A stretch of 64,000 nt of DNA from NCBI GenBank assembly GCA_030704615.1, contig CM060731.1:17236001-17300000 (forward strand). Direction: 5' to 3'. The stretch comes from Takakia lepidozioides. Lineage: Eukaryota; Plantae; Bryophyta. The translations under genes were made by a program, and so were the position numbers. Position 1 is the first letter of the stretch. Each line of letters starts with the position of its first letter. The notes under the pieces were generated by a model. That model saw nothing but the letters and a program-made list of their open reading frames with translations. It was not told the DNA's origin and ran no database searches. Of this stretch, positions 1-13,400 are shown piece after piece.

Positions 1-147
1 GACCATGGTAACCAGATGTCATCTTCAAGCACCATGCATTCTCAAAATATGGCGTAGGCAAAGAGGAAGAGTACATCCTAGGGAAACAATTTTGCTCTGC
101 CCAAGCTCAGCACCCCAACAGCATTTCCACGGTACTGATCCCAAGGG

Positions 148-436
148 AAATGAAATGAAATGAAATGATACTTTGGAACATCCAAGGAAAGCTCAAAGAG
201 CTTATGGGACATGAGAAGAATGAAACAACAACGAGAGTGAGGTCTCCACAAGCAGCCCAAAAAGAACCATTGTTCAAGGGATTGTCTGAGTCAACGCCTC
301 ATGCAATATGCTGCGAAGCATATCTGATCCTGGTAATGGCAGACGTCTGTGAGAGATTGGGTATCTCAGAATAGACCATGGAACCTCCCACGGATTTTAT
401 AGTGGAGAGGACAAGTGAAACAAGAAATGTTCTTCA
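148..436 (-). mobile_element. 5'-truncated RTE-X-like LINE 3' end with (CATTT)n tail, in a MON2 intron
   Basis: Minus strand encodes a decayed C-terminal zinc-finger remnant (EEHFL-TCPLHYKIRGRFHGLF*DTQSL...DQICFAAY) and ends in ATTTC repeats; homologous copies at 12308-12580 and 42917-42975. Confidence 0.7.
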
Positions 437-618
437 GTTTTCCCTGTCGTTTCCGGCTCAAGGTCAAGGGAGAAAAAGGGACACTCAATCTCCTGTCCAG
501 AGAAGTGGCAGAGTTTGCTCCGAACAGTACTGATTGTGAAGACTGTGCAATTGAACCCATCACAAATTTGCCCAAATGTGTTTCTGAGAGCAAACAGGTT
601 GCTAGGTTCAGGCCTTAC

Positions 619-3600
619 TCAAGCATGTCGAGTGCAAAAGTTCTCTGAAGCACAGAAACTTGAAGCCAAGCCGCCTGCAAGAGTGTTGTAGAGTGCATAA
701 AAGTCAAAGCACTTCTAGCATGCAGCCTGTTTCTGCTAATAATACATCTAATACCCAGCATCCCCATGGTGAGAACGCCAACCCTTCTTCATGTGCCCAC
801 ATCCAAAATGATATTGCACTTCTACTGATCACCTCTTGTGATAAACATCCCATCAAATTTGATGAAGTGTAGCTAAGAGCATACAATGGTCCCTTACATC
901 CAACTGCTCTTATAAACTGTACGAACCACAAAGTCAATAACCACCAGCCTTGCCAGGAGAACTCATTCTACCCTCCCAAGTACAATCCCTTTGTGTCACC
1001 ATGGAGTATGCATAAGCCACCAACCAGAAGTAGCATAGAAATAAAAAATCACGAAGAGATGTGGATCCTTGGGGCCCGGGGAAAAAGAGGGAGAGTGGAC
1101 TCCTGCCAAAGTAATCGTAAATTACGTAGTATCTTCACCCAGAAAAGGAACAGAGCCTTCCATTTGGAAAATGGACACCTTCTAACGACCAGGGAATCCT
1201 TGGAAATTTAATTATAGGATGTGTCTAGCTTCTCATGATTTTGAAGAGTGATAGAAGCACAATGAAGACCATGTAAGATATCCTGATATTACATCAGGAG
1301 CTTGTTCAAACAGCCATCTACAAGAATTGGGCCCAAACAAACTCCCAATATACAATGGAAGCAACATCTGACTGGTCACTTTCCACTCTTACGAGGCTGA
1401 TATGGAAATAGCAAAGGCAACATAACTGCTAATGAACATACCGATCCACCACCAGCAAGGGATATAAGGTCCTCAAAAAGACGAAGACCAAGCCTCCCTG
1501 CATTCGAAAGAATTTGGTTTCCTGTTGGTGTTGATGGACGGACATCCATCACTATATTCTTCAGAGCTCTGCATTTCAACAAAACAGGAACTTACTTGGG
1601 GAAAACTTCGCACCTTGACTACCCGAGAATTTAACACAAATGATACTATGCCTGGCATTGAAAGTCATTCACTTCACAGACAGATATTGTAACTCTCAAA
1701 AGAGGATAATATGATTGGGTGCTCTGGGATCCTGCCTGTAACAGTTTTCTTACATGAGAAGAGGTCCATCGGAGGAGTAGGTGAAATACCATGAAAGAGT
1801 CTACTTACGCAGATGCAATTATTCCCCGGCTGACGTCAGCTGAGGCAGACCTGGACCTAGACATCCAAGTACCTGTCCCTCCATGATGCACGGCAGGCAA
1901 TGCCTCCGCAGCCAAGACTCGGTCAAAAATTAATGCTACTGCTTGCCGGAAAGTTGCAACTGCAGTGCTGCACAACCAGAAGTGCATATCCTTATAAAAA
2001 GAGACGCTCCAACTCAGATATGCCATGGAGTTCTTCCAAGAGACAAGAAGACAACAGAATATACAGTACTCATGCAACCTACCACACCTTCTAGGTTAAG
2101 GAAACACCAACTTGAGTGCAAGACATTAGTGAACCAGCTCCTGAATAGAAGCACGAAAAAAACTTATTCCTACGTGCCTGTGGACGCTATCTGGATTGCG
2201 GCTGTTTCCAAGTAGCCGAAGACAAATTCCGAGTATAATCGCCATGTCATCCTGCCAGCATTGACAGAATCTATTATATATTGTACTCATAAGACGTTGT
2301 TTGCCGTAGCCTTGTGGCCATTGACCCCGCGCCCAGTTTGAGCGGGAACAAAAGGAATCTATTATATAGAATGCCTATAGAGAGGAAATGACAAAGGTTT
2401 TGCATCATACAAGATTTATTGATGTGAATGTTAATATGGAGAAAACATTCCATCTACTGGAGCCTACTCTGCAGGCCATTCCAAAGATCCCCCAAGATTG
2501 CCGGAGTAATTACCTCATCCTTTGGATATAGTTGAGACTGGAGAATCGTTAGAGCTGTTTGTAATGTCTTCAATTGAAGACTCTCATCAGACATGTCTGA
2601 ATACTGCATCCAAAGACAACGGATGAGAACCACAAATTATGCTGCCTGGCCAGATGACTCAGCTGGGAGGGTTAGTAGTGCAGCATGAGCAGAAGGGGGA
2701 GGGGTATAGGGTTATCCTAGAAACTCTCAGGTGGCAAGAAAACCATTTGCAAAGTACAGCAGCAGGGGCTTACGCTTACTTCCTTCAAGGTCGCCAGAAT
2801 GGATGGAAGAGCTGATGGGGCAACAGCATCATGGGCAATCAGCTTCTCCATGCATACCAAGCCCATTGTACTCAGCTTCACATTCTTTGACTCACAAGCC
2901 AGTAAGAATGCCCTCAAGATGTCATCATTCCATGCTACTTGGATGGAAGTAGATACCAATCGCACCTGTCACATGTAATTTGTCACTTATTATTGAGGTC
3001 CCGATTTGCTAAGCCAACTGCACTGGACAATGAATTATATGTACTAAACCCCAAGTCCTAACAAACATAAAGATACTTGCATCAAAGCAACCCTACCAGA
3101 TCTCAGCAGTAACAAATCGTAGGCCTTTCCGGCAGACTCACTTCCGAAAAGTGATAGCTTGCAAGCTATCGCATCAAAACCGATATAACCATCACACATA
3201 CCAGTGTGTGGCGCAGAAGGCATTCCCAGTACCTCTTGCCCAGTAATCTGGTCACGACAGAGTACTGGCGCAAATTTTGCATGATAAGACTGTCACAATT
3301 ACAACCCAAGATCACAAGAGTGCCAGGGTCCACGACAGTAATTTACAGTCGTCCAACTTTGGACTGCTCAATAAATCCACTTGATAGTGCAGTCTTGTGA
3401 TCTTGGCTTGAGCTCCAGAAACAACCACATGATACATTCCCGAGCTCCCGAACAATAGCATTAGCACACCCCCCACTATCCGTGGAAAACCATGCACCAC
3501 AAACCTCCACGACCGAAATTGCCGCCCTCGCGAAAGTGCATATTGTCTAACTGAATTTGGACCAGCTCACGATCCCTACAACAAGGTTTATGCAACTGAC

Positions 3601-3972
3601 TTGAGATGGTATGAATATATTCTCAGGCCTGTGAGAGTAAAGCTGGTTTCAATCGTAGAAGATTGAAATGGAGAAAAGCTCTTAACAAAAACACGCATCA
3701 ATATGTCGCAGTCATTTGAGTAAATTGCACAAAAACGTGCATTGAAATGGGAAAATAGCCTTCAAGGAAAAAACTGTTGGAGATATAGAGCTCCCAATGT
3801 GTCTTCAATCCAGACTACAGCGATCAAATCGAAAAAAACAAACGCGGAACAGAAGAGGGGTAAATGCCTTGAAGATGGCGCGATCCGCAGCATCCTTCAC
3901 CATGGGATACTTGCGGCGAGCCTCAGCTGACAACATCTTTAAATCTGCCTCCAAAGCAGCAACAAATGCCAT
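619..3972 (-). CDS. MON2: Protein MON2 homolog (ARM-repeat, Arf-GEF-like DCB/HUS N-terminus), 5' seven exons; gene continues beyond window start
   Basis: Exons 3972-3868, 2965-2780, 2603-2514, 2251-2178, 1967-1809, 1568-1442, 674-619 splice in phase to MAFVAALEADLKMLSAEARRKYPMVKDAADRAIFK/VRLVSTSIQVAWNDDILRAFLLACESKNVKLSTMGLVCMEKLIAHDAV.../STAVATFRQAVALIFD.../AAWLQVSVLQRTFALDMLE, matching the known plant MON2 N-terminus. Two donors are GC. Confidence 0.92.
2281..2354 (-). mobile_element. 74-bp extreme 3' fragment of the LINE family at 47037-49250, with 14-bp TSD
   Basis: tgtactcataagacgttgtttgccgtagccttgtggccattgaccccgcgcccagtttgagc is identical to 47037-47098; flanked by direct repeat gaatctattatata (2267-2280 and 2355-2368). 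Confidence 0.9.
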
Positions 3973-4399
3973 TTCCCCGAGCGCCCACAAAACTGCACCA
4001 CCCAATCTTCCCACAGGATTTGCACTTCCAGTTATGCTGTGTGAGAGGTTCACAAGCACCAGCAGACATGCACGCAGTGTCTGCAGAGTCCTGCAAGAAG
4101 GCCCTCAGTTCATGGGCCTCCCTTTGCCTATACTGCTATTGTATGAGATACGGTAGTTGCATCCATCCATCTAGCTGATATCCCCAATGAGGTTACTTAT
4201 TAAAACCCTCACAGGGTTTCATTGTTTCTGTTGTTCTGTTATTCTTGAAAACTTTTTAAATAGTGCAGATTGCTTGATGGGCACAGCACCACAATACTTT
4301 CTTGAGAAATGCAGGGCTCATTACACTTTACCATGGCACCCTCCGAATGGTGAGCTATTGGCGTGATTATTACCTATGGCCTGCATGCCGGTTTTTCTA

Positions 4400-4645
4400 A
4401 GCACCCCTTGGGTGGTGCCCCATGAGCCTCTTCATGCCAAAGTTACTTTGAAGATTGTCTTCTCCTCCCATTATAATCGGCCCGATTTTTGAGCAGTCAC
4501 TCCCTTGAAAAACAAAAAACCCAGGAACGACCGCTCACAAATCAGGCCCCTTGATTGCATGAGAGGAGAAAATAAACTTGCGGCATCATCAATCATGGTA
4601 CACTGCCCAAGGGAAGCGGGAGAAGATTATATACCGCACACAACA
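4400..4645. repeat. Imperfect inverted repeat made of two tail-to-tail copies of a retroposon 3' end
   Basis: 4459-4508 (tcttctcctcccatt...tttttgagcagtcactcccttg) is reverse-complementary to 4521-4571 (ccaggaacgaccgctcacaaatc...gagaggagaaaa), and ccttgggtggtgccccatga pairs with tcatggtacactgcccaagg; the same repeat follows a poly-T run at 18490-18650. Confidence 0.65.
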
Positions 4646-5103
4646 GGTGGCAAGATTTGCACCCAGAATGTGGCACTCAGTGCACTACCAAATTGAGGTA
4701 CCAACTGGTTGTTGGATTTCAAGCATTAACAATGGCAATTGGACAATTAGATAGAGGTCAGTATACATTGCATCCCTTTAGTCCGCAACTGAAAAGCAGA
4801 TGTTGTGTGGGCAGTCTCTGGAATGAGGCACAGAATTGTCTTGTTCAATTGAAGCGTACCAGTGTAAGCCTTAAAATCCTCATCTACCATTAACGATTTA
4901 GCTTCAAATGAAAGAACATGAGAGCGAGATTTGGGAATGACTGTACACAATACATCAAATTGTACAAATTAGAAATAGTTACGACTCTCAAGCAAAGCAC
5001 TATTCTTCCCTCTTCAAGATGTTAATTCACATGGAAGGGCTTCTGGCAAGAATGTGTCCATCCAATGCTTGCAATGTTGAAGATTAAGTCTTCTGGGCAG
5101 GAT

Positions 5104-8100
5104 TCACTTGGGACCACTATTTACAGATGAGCCAGCTCGCTCAACTAGCGTCTCATACAGCTGCTTACCATTCTGCACACATCCAAATCCTTTCAATTTC
5201 AGCCTAGTGCAGTAGGAATTCACATGAACAGAAAGTCAGTGCACTAAAAGAAACTAACACAAAAACCAGTCGTCACAAGTCTAGCCTCTTACCAATGCAA
5301 ACAAGATGCGAGGAGTAAGTGCAATATCACCACCTTGTCTTTACAAAGCATCAGAAAAATGCTAATATCCTCCTCATCATAGCCTTTGAGACGGACACAT
5401 GGCTTCCTTTTATCCCCTCCTTCTTTCCTCTTATAAATTTGACTTTTGCCTGGTCACCAACATAGGGAGTCCTCAGGGTGCTCATGGGACGGAGTAGAAC
5501 AACAAGAATTAGGAAGGAGACCGAAGCCGAGAGGAAGACAGGCAGGAACTCCGGTCAGAGTCTGGTATTGTATCCAGGAGGCTCCTCACCTCAGAAAGAA
5601 AGGTTAGGAGTCTCTTGTGGAAACCACTGTGGTTTCTACCTGGGGTCTGGCTGATTGAACCCGCCTTGGGAGCTCATGGACAAGGTAAGGATCTGCAATC
5701 CTTCTATCTGTTCATCGGATCAGGATCTTTGTTCTTATCATCATGGTATCACGCAGATTCATGGTCAGAGCCTAGCTCCTCAGATTGGTTCCTTGCAAAG
5801 TGTTTGAGCCTTTGCCTCCCGAGACTGCTTTTGCTCCAAGATAGTTCTCAAAGCTTGGGCTACTTTCTTGCCTTACTGGCTGTTTTCTGCTTGCTGAGGT
5901 GTTCATGAAGAATAAATTTGCTGTGGTGCCTTGCCTTAATAGACATAGATTAAAAGAAACAATAGAGAGAGGAGAGCTCACAAATATGACAGGGAAAAAG
6001 TGGATTTGGCCTTCAGGCTTTGTCTGCGTCTCCTTAAAGTAAACGAGTACAGGGAAGTTGGGCCACCAAAGCTCCCAATTTGTGAAAGTTGAGTAGCTGT
6101 GAGCACCCACCCCTCCATCACTTTTCGTATCAGTTGCACGAGTATGTCCTGTATTTCTGGCATGTTGCAACCTCAACATGCCCTTTCTGGCTATCCAATG
6201 ACATAACAAAAGCCTGTCAACATTCTAACACCCAATATCATTACCAAAACCCCAAAGATCACTGCACTGGCTGCTAAGGGAACTGTTGCTGGAAGCTTCC
6301 GAACAACAGTTAATGAGGAGTAACCCAGAGGAAATTTACCTCCACCTATTTTTGCCACCAACAAACACATTTTCCCCTGACTGCTGTAGCTCTTCTCCTA
6401 TCTTCACCTCCTGCATCCAGGGAACCATCACCACACTACCTTTAGCTTCCCTGCTGCCTGAAATCATCATGTCGGATTGCAGTCTACCTTCTACTATTAT
6501 GTGTGTCTCTCTTTTCTTGGAGCAGAAGCAGAAGCAAATTGGATTTGCCTTTGCCTACATAACGAATTCATGTATCCCTTTGCAGGTCTGACAACATACC
6601 AGTGCCTGATCATCAAAGACGAACCGAACACGCGTTGTCTGTCACAGTGACCAATGCCGACATTAGTACATTCATTCATCAGTTGCCTGATCTTCCATGG
6701 AAAGCCTCCCTCCTTACAAAGCTCTGAAAAATGTCCTTATCATGACTAGAGTGACTAGCAATCAACTTTGTGCTCCACTACATTAACAGGCAATGCTACA
6801 ACATGACACTGTGAAAGCAGACTTTGATAGACCTTTAAAAAGTGCAGACCAATGGTGCAGCTTGGATTTAAAATTTTGTTGGGTGGCACGCCACAAGATG
6901 ACACCTGAAGGACAAATTTTGTGACAGTCTAGGCTCACAACACTAAAGACTACCTATATTACACCAGGTTAAAAAAGGGGCAACCCCAAGTGCATAACAA
7001 CAGCAGAGTGGTCAGATTAACCACCATCCAAGGAAAAGAAAACCACACTTAACCACAGAAGAGGCAGAAGAGCGACACAAACACCACATCCACCCAAACG
7101 CATTGCAAACCCTAGGCAACCAAGTGCCAGTAAGTGAAAAAAGTCACAAGCAGCAAGCCAAGTTGCCTGTCTTCAGGAATGATCTACCAGCACAGCTACC
7201 CTTCACATTCACGATCCCAGCAACTGGGGAAGAGTTGCACTGCCTAACCAGTCCTCCTTTTGAAATCTCATAAGGAGGGCTACCCTTGAGAAAGTATATC
7301 CCAGATAAGTAGAAACATTAATGAGGCGTTCTTTGGCTTCGAGGTGTTAAACTGATGGGGAACATTCTGTTTCCATGGCTAAGAGTATTGACACTAGAAG
7401 GTGCAAAAAGAGTAGAGTAGGCAGCACACAACCTGAAACAGGAGGAGCAAACCAAGGAGGCCAAGGGGTGCAGCAGGTAGCAGATTATCACTGTATATGA
7501 GAGCCCCCGCCACCCCTTCCCAGCCAACCCATTCACATCTACCACTATAAGGAAAATCAGGCTGAGTACATCACTCTATACTCTCTCACCCACAAATGGT
7601 ATGGGGGTAAACAAAAATTGGATTTAAAACAACAACACTTGCTAACCCTGACACTTCATACCTAATATCCACATAAGTCTAACTTCAACTACAGAGGGGG
7701 CTAGTGTGCTTGAAGTTTTTTTTTTTTTTGTAAATGCAGCGACCGCCATTACTGGCGGTCGTTTTTATTTTATTTTATTGCGAAATGGAGCGACCGCCAT
7801 TTGTGGCGGTCCTTTTTATTTATTTTTTAAATGGAGCGACCGCCAAGGTGGCGGTCGCTTCTACGAGGTCTGCCCTGCGCGTGGAACGAGGAATGAGGCG
7901 GGGGGGGGGGGGGGGGGCATATAAGCTCCGAGTCATTCTCCCCTCACTTCCATTAGTGGCGGTCGCTTGAAGTTTTTTTTTGAGAAAATGCAGCGAGCGA
8001 CCGCCGTTACTGGCGGTCACTTTAATTCTAAATTCCCACTTTTTGGGTTGACTTGCGAAATTGCCCACATTTACATCTGCAAGTTTGTATGCCCTTGACA

Positions 8101-9634
8101 GATAGACCAGGGTGCACCCATAATCAAGGAGAGACCGAAAGACTGTAATTACTGAGGGAGACTCCTGTTGACATCCTAAAGTTCCCTTCTTTCTTTCTTT
8201 CTTGTGAGAGCTTTCCTACTTGGGCCAGTAGATAATGTACTTGTAAGACTAGTGGAGAGAAAGACACAGAGAGATCCACACATCTTACAACATTAATTTG
8301 CAACAAAGCGTGAGATATCTTACCAAGTAAAACAATAGGTATGCGATAATCAGGATCCGGGATAATTGTTTCCCTTACAGTCTGCTTCTTAGCCTTCCCA
8401 AACTGCCAATCCAACCCACCATCAATCCAAGGTTATCCCATCCTTTTCTCCATATAAATGGGAACCGTAGTATTCCTTGCTCAATGGTACCTCTCATAGT
8501 AGTTTCAACTCTAGTTTCCTTACCTTCAGAACCTTCTCCACTGCTCTGCCCCTTCAACAGATGGGTTTTGCTTCAAATCTAGATTAGAAGAAAGACAGTC
8601 AACCTGGTTCCTTTCCAGCAGTGGTGGACCCTAAACCTGTAGAGTCATCCAATAGATATACAACCAATATCGCCCTCAGCTCCCAGGCAATAATCCTGCC
8701 TCTGTGCATTCTACTTCCTGCGCCATACTCGGCATAATTCCACCAGAATTCAAACGAAAGTGAGGGTTCTCTGAATTGACATTTTGTAAAGGTGTTTCAT
8801 CCTTTGAGAAAGCTGTAGTTTGTAATATACAGCATCACCTTTCAGAAAGTGTGCTGAAGACCGAATGGGGTGTGCATAGGTGTATGTTTAAGCGATAAAC
8901 ATACAGGAGCGGGCTCCATACTACTTGAAAGAGAAAAGGTGTTAAACATACCAGGCCAGCTTCTATAGTGCAATGACTGGGATGGCCTGACTTGACTTGT
9001 CTCGCAACCCTGCACACGTTACCCCCAAGAAACACTTTCGAAAGCAACAGGCCTTTCTTTCCATTTGCATTTGCACTCCACCCTGCCTTCACTGTTCCCT
9101 CTGCACCTGCATACTCGCTTCGCTTATACTCAAAACCTCCCCACCTAGACTATTCTGCTTCTATAACGGCAGCTAGGAGCCATATCTATCACTAGGTATG
9201 GCAACGACCAATGTGTACGTGAATTTGGGTGTGTGTGTGTGAGAGAGAGTGAATGTGTGCCCCTGAATCTTGGGCACAATTCGAACGTAAAATGCCTGTA
9301 CTCCTTCAGCACTCTTTCAGCAGACGAAAAAGTAACGACATTCAAGTGTTGTTTGCATTGTATCTGATTCCACCGAGGACTAGAAATTCATGCTTCAATA
9401 CCTCCCTTCCAGAATGCCAAACAAAAGTCAGCAAGACGGCAGAGAGTGACTCAGAACACCGTCTAAGAAATCCCCTACAAATTACTCGCAATTGGTGAGT
9501 GACCCATAACAAGATTTGAGACGAAGTGCCAACAACTCTGCACGCACATGCACATAGAAGGACTTACGAGATGGGTAAGTCGATTGCCGAACAGAGAGCG
9601 GCGAGAGCGGAAGGAGGGCAGTCATGGACGCCAT
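5104..9634 (-). CDS. DUF3119 family membrane protein (predicted plastid-targeted), ~236 aa, 8 exons
   Basis: Exons 9634-9486, 8770-8665, 8402-8324, 7515-7433, 6638-6600, 6410-6340, 6096-5982, 5172-5104 are GT-AG and phase-consistent. Product contains ETIIPDPDYRIPIVLLG...LPAAPLGLLGLLLLFQTTRVRFVFDDQALEVKIGEELQQSGENVFVGGKNRWSYSTFTNWELWWPNFPVLVYFKETQTKPEGQIHFFPVIFNGKQLYETLVERAG; Ser/Arg-rich N-terminus resembles a transit peptide. Exon 2 is the least certain. Confidence 0.9.
7706..8066. mobile_element. Non-autonomous DNA transposon fragment (Mutator-like end) with repeated GACCGCC-N6/7-GGCGGTC hairpins, in a DUF3119 intron
   Basis: Palindromes at 7741-7760, 7792-7811, 7836-7858, 7999-8018; right end reads GGGCAATTTCGC on the minus strand; no matching left TIR seen. 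Confidence 0.55.
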
Positions 9635-10498
9635 CGCCGTGTGCCCAGCAACACACAGCCTTCTTTCAAACAACTATAACTTACATTACTCCGACGGGAC
9701 TTATCCATCTGGACACAGCCCCGAATCCCTCTAAAATATTTCATTGGCACGTTTCGTGCCACGCAGCCATGGCTTCATGGGGGGGACCCTGCTAGTGACA
9801 ATTGTCAAGGACGCTGTCGGACTTATCCCAAAAACCTCAAATGTCGGCACTTCATCGAGCTTCTCACTCGAAACTCCCTGATCATTTATGTTTCTAGTTC
9901 CTGGCATACAAGTCTCTCCGTTCCAATTCCGAAGCCCTTCTGCACAGGATGTGAATCTCGTTATGAAACAACGATCTGATGGGTGTATACGTGTATACTC
10001 AACAGACGCTGAAAAGATTTGAGGCGTAAGACCCTTGTCCATATTACTACGTTTCAACTGCTCATCGAAATTGCATCCACAGAACTGTGTCAAAGTGGGT
10101 TTTGCAATGTCAATCTCATTATTTAAAAAATCAGTAGGAGGACACAGTAGTAAGTTTGAGAGGCTACAAGCAGGCTGAGGTATACATTGTATAGCCTAAA
10201 CAGATGTACATCTTCTATCTTGAGATGTCCTTATGCCCAGCTTATGAGAACCTCAAAAGTATTCCTGCAATTTTTTCCACGGTGTGCTGCAGTTGCGGAG
10301 ACTGTATGCTTTTCTTGGTGATCCACTGCGACACTTCACCCATAATCCTCACTGTGATGGTATTGGGTGGTGGCCCGAAGGTGAGCAGGCTTAAATTCTT
10401 TAGTGTTGAGCTAAAAGGCTCGAGTAAAGTCCATGTCCAGAAGTGGGTATGGGCGAGTCTGCTAGAATTCCTCTGCCAGAGTCCTGTCAGTGCTGCCA

Positions 10499-13400
10499 TC
10501 ACCGCTTCTTTCCCTGCAAAGGGACAGAATCATGTAAAGGGGAGAGGCCCACCACAGGTGAGGACATCCCCGATGTTCCCACTGGGCGGATGACGCTCTG
10601 CAACTCTGAGTTCTGGCGAGATAGTTTCCTGCTGGTGCGATACTGCGCCAGAAGCCTCCTCGCCAGTGGTCCCAGATTCTCATGCAACTTAATACAGAAC
10701 AAGAAAATCAATCTGTAGACAAGTACCATGCCAAATAAGGCTGCCACATCTACCCATTTCCCATACTTGGTTTGCATGCCGTAGATCTCTTCCACCACAT
10801 ACCAGCCGGGAATGTCAGGTCCGATGGCCCTTCCCTCAAACACGAAGTTTGAAAATGTCAAACCAAGGAAGTCGTTCTTGTACATTCCCTGTGAACACAT
10901 GTCAAAAACTCAAGAGGTGGAACTTAATTCGGGAGTCACGGAAAGTAGACAACCCAAATGGTAGGCAGAATCAATGTGCAGGGTGAAATACCTGGAGTGC
11001 ATTCACATCAAAACCAATGTATGAGAGAGTAACGCCACACCTTTCAAGTAAGGAAGGACATTCATACCTCGAGTGCATACATATCAAAACCCATGTACGA
11101 GAGAGGGTAACGCCACACAACTTTCGGTAAATCTTTAGGCAGACGAAAGAAGCCAGCCAACAACAGAAATATACCCTGCTCAATGAGAACACTTACACAG
11201 CTTCAGCAGTTGAGGCCTCCCACAACTTCAGTCCATCTAGTCTCCAATATAACAGAACTGCTATGGTCAAATGCAATCTTCAAAATTCAACCGCCTCACA
11301 GGTTTACTGTTGGCTGAGTAGGAGAGGCCCTCTCATATAATTCCTATCTGCAAAAGTGATCTTGTTCCATCATCATTGGTACTGGTTATGGCAAAGAGCG
11401 ATATCCTGTGACTAGGTCTTACATGCTGACTAGAGAGACAGATAAGACGATGAGTACACATCTGCAGGGAGGCAATTGTGTGCATAGCAAATACTGGGAG
11501 AGTGTAGTACAAGCATACCTGAATCCCTGCACCAATTATGATGCCCATGAGGAAATTGGGGACCAAACTGGCGATAGCCATCATCAGACTTTCCACAACT
11601 GCCACCTGAGCAAATAGGGAGAGGACGAAATAGGCGAAGTGGGAGAAACCCGGGTGCAGCTGCACCATGAAGTAAACAATGGAGCTTGACACTACTGCGA
11701 TCAAGAAGAGGAAGGGCATTGAAGACACTGTGTTGCCTATGACAAAGACCACCACTCCATAGTGCCCATTGAGTCTCTCTCGGTGGAATACCTGCAAATT
11801 GCACAACAAAATAGAACTTTTAAATGATATTGGGACACATGCCAGACTTTTTCAAGATTTCGGGATATTCAGACTGAGCAAAAGCCAAATAGCAGTTCAC
11901 TTGATGCTAGCAAAACACACATGAATGAAAGTCCATATGAAGGGAATTGCCGTTCAGCAGCCTACTTTTAGTTGGTTCTCTGCTTCAAATATATGCAGGA
12001 GAACCCACTGGCTATAATTTCTGTAGCTTCTAAATTTTCAAGAGTATGTTGATCTTCCAATTTTGTAGGAGGGTGCAAGAGTTCCTCGTCCTTCACGTGC
12101 CTTCTAAGGAATTAGTGGATCAACATCAGACATAGGAGAGCCCCTGAAGCTCGGCATAATCCACACTATGTTCTCAGTTCCATATGAATAGATGGGACTT
12201 CATGTGAAGGGCTGCAAAACTCTGGGCACTTAACTAGTCAGATCTGGGTCCACTGCATGATAGTTGGGAATACTTACCAGTTTCCCATATATCTGCGACA
12301 GAATAAGTGAAATGGAATGAAATGCTACTTTATAACATCCACGGAAAGCTCAAAGAGCTCATGGAACGAGAAAGTACAAACAAGAAAGAGAGAGGGGTCC
12401 TGCACAAGCAGCCCAAAAAAAGCTATTGCTCAAGGGATTGTATGAGAGTCAACACCTCATGCAGATATGCTGCTAAGCATTTCTGATCCCTGTAATGGAA
12501 GAACTCTGTAAGAGATTGGGTATCTCAGAATCTCCCACAGATCTCATAGTTGCGAGGACAGCAAAATAAGAAATGTTCTTCACTTCAAGCGCAAGAGGGG
12601 CACAGGCAGTCCACATGTTGCAGACCTACCAGTCTCTATCCGTATACTGTGGGAGTCCACCCTAAAATACCCAAGGCATTAAAGCTGCAGACACAAAGAA
12701 AGAAACTTCACGAAGTCCAGAGGAAGTCCAAAGAGCTTATGGGACAAAAGAGCTTATGGGATACAAGGGAAACTTCATGGCCTAGAATCTAAATGCACCG
12801 ACAGCAACACTAATGGAGGTTGCACCTTCATATCCTCAACAAAAGATGGGAAGCCCCCAATGGACATGAACGTCAAGAATCCACCAACATAGGCAATGCA
12901 CCCTGCTCTTCCCTGTGCATGCCACCACACTTGCATCAGCCTTCTACTAAACATGATACTTACCCTCATATCAGCCTCATACTTTTTCTCTATTTCTGGC
13001 AAGCGCCATCATGAGAAGTGGCTCACACATGGACTTTTATGGCCAATGATGGTGGCTGAAAAAGGTTTTGGGTCCTGATGTTGAAGCAGATGCAACTGCT
13101 CCAAGTACTTTCCACCACCAATCGCACTGTGTGGCACTCGTTAAGTTCTACATCGTAAGTTCTCAACCTCCATGACATCTTTCAAATGATTCCCAATACA
13201 TCATTTGTTCAAGTTCTGATCAGCATTTTCTACATGTCTCCATAGCTGCACCAATGGGACCTGGCTGCCTAAGAAATATCTGAAGGCACTGCTGCCACCA
13301 TAGATCTATGAATGCAACAATGGCAGTAAGCAATCTACCAAACGAATTTGTCGAAGTATCTCACCAGGATGGAGCTGTATTTAAGGCCAACTCTCCAGAA

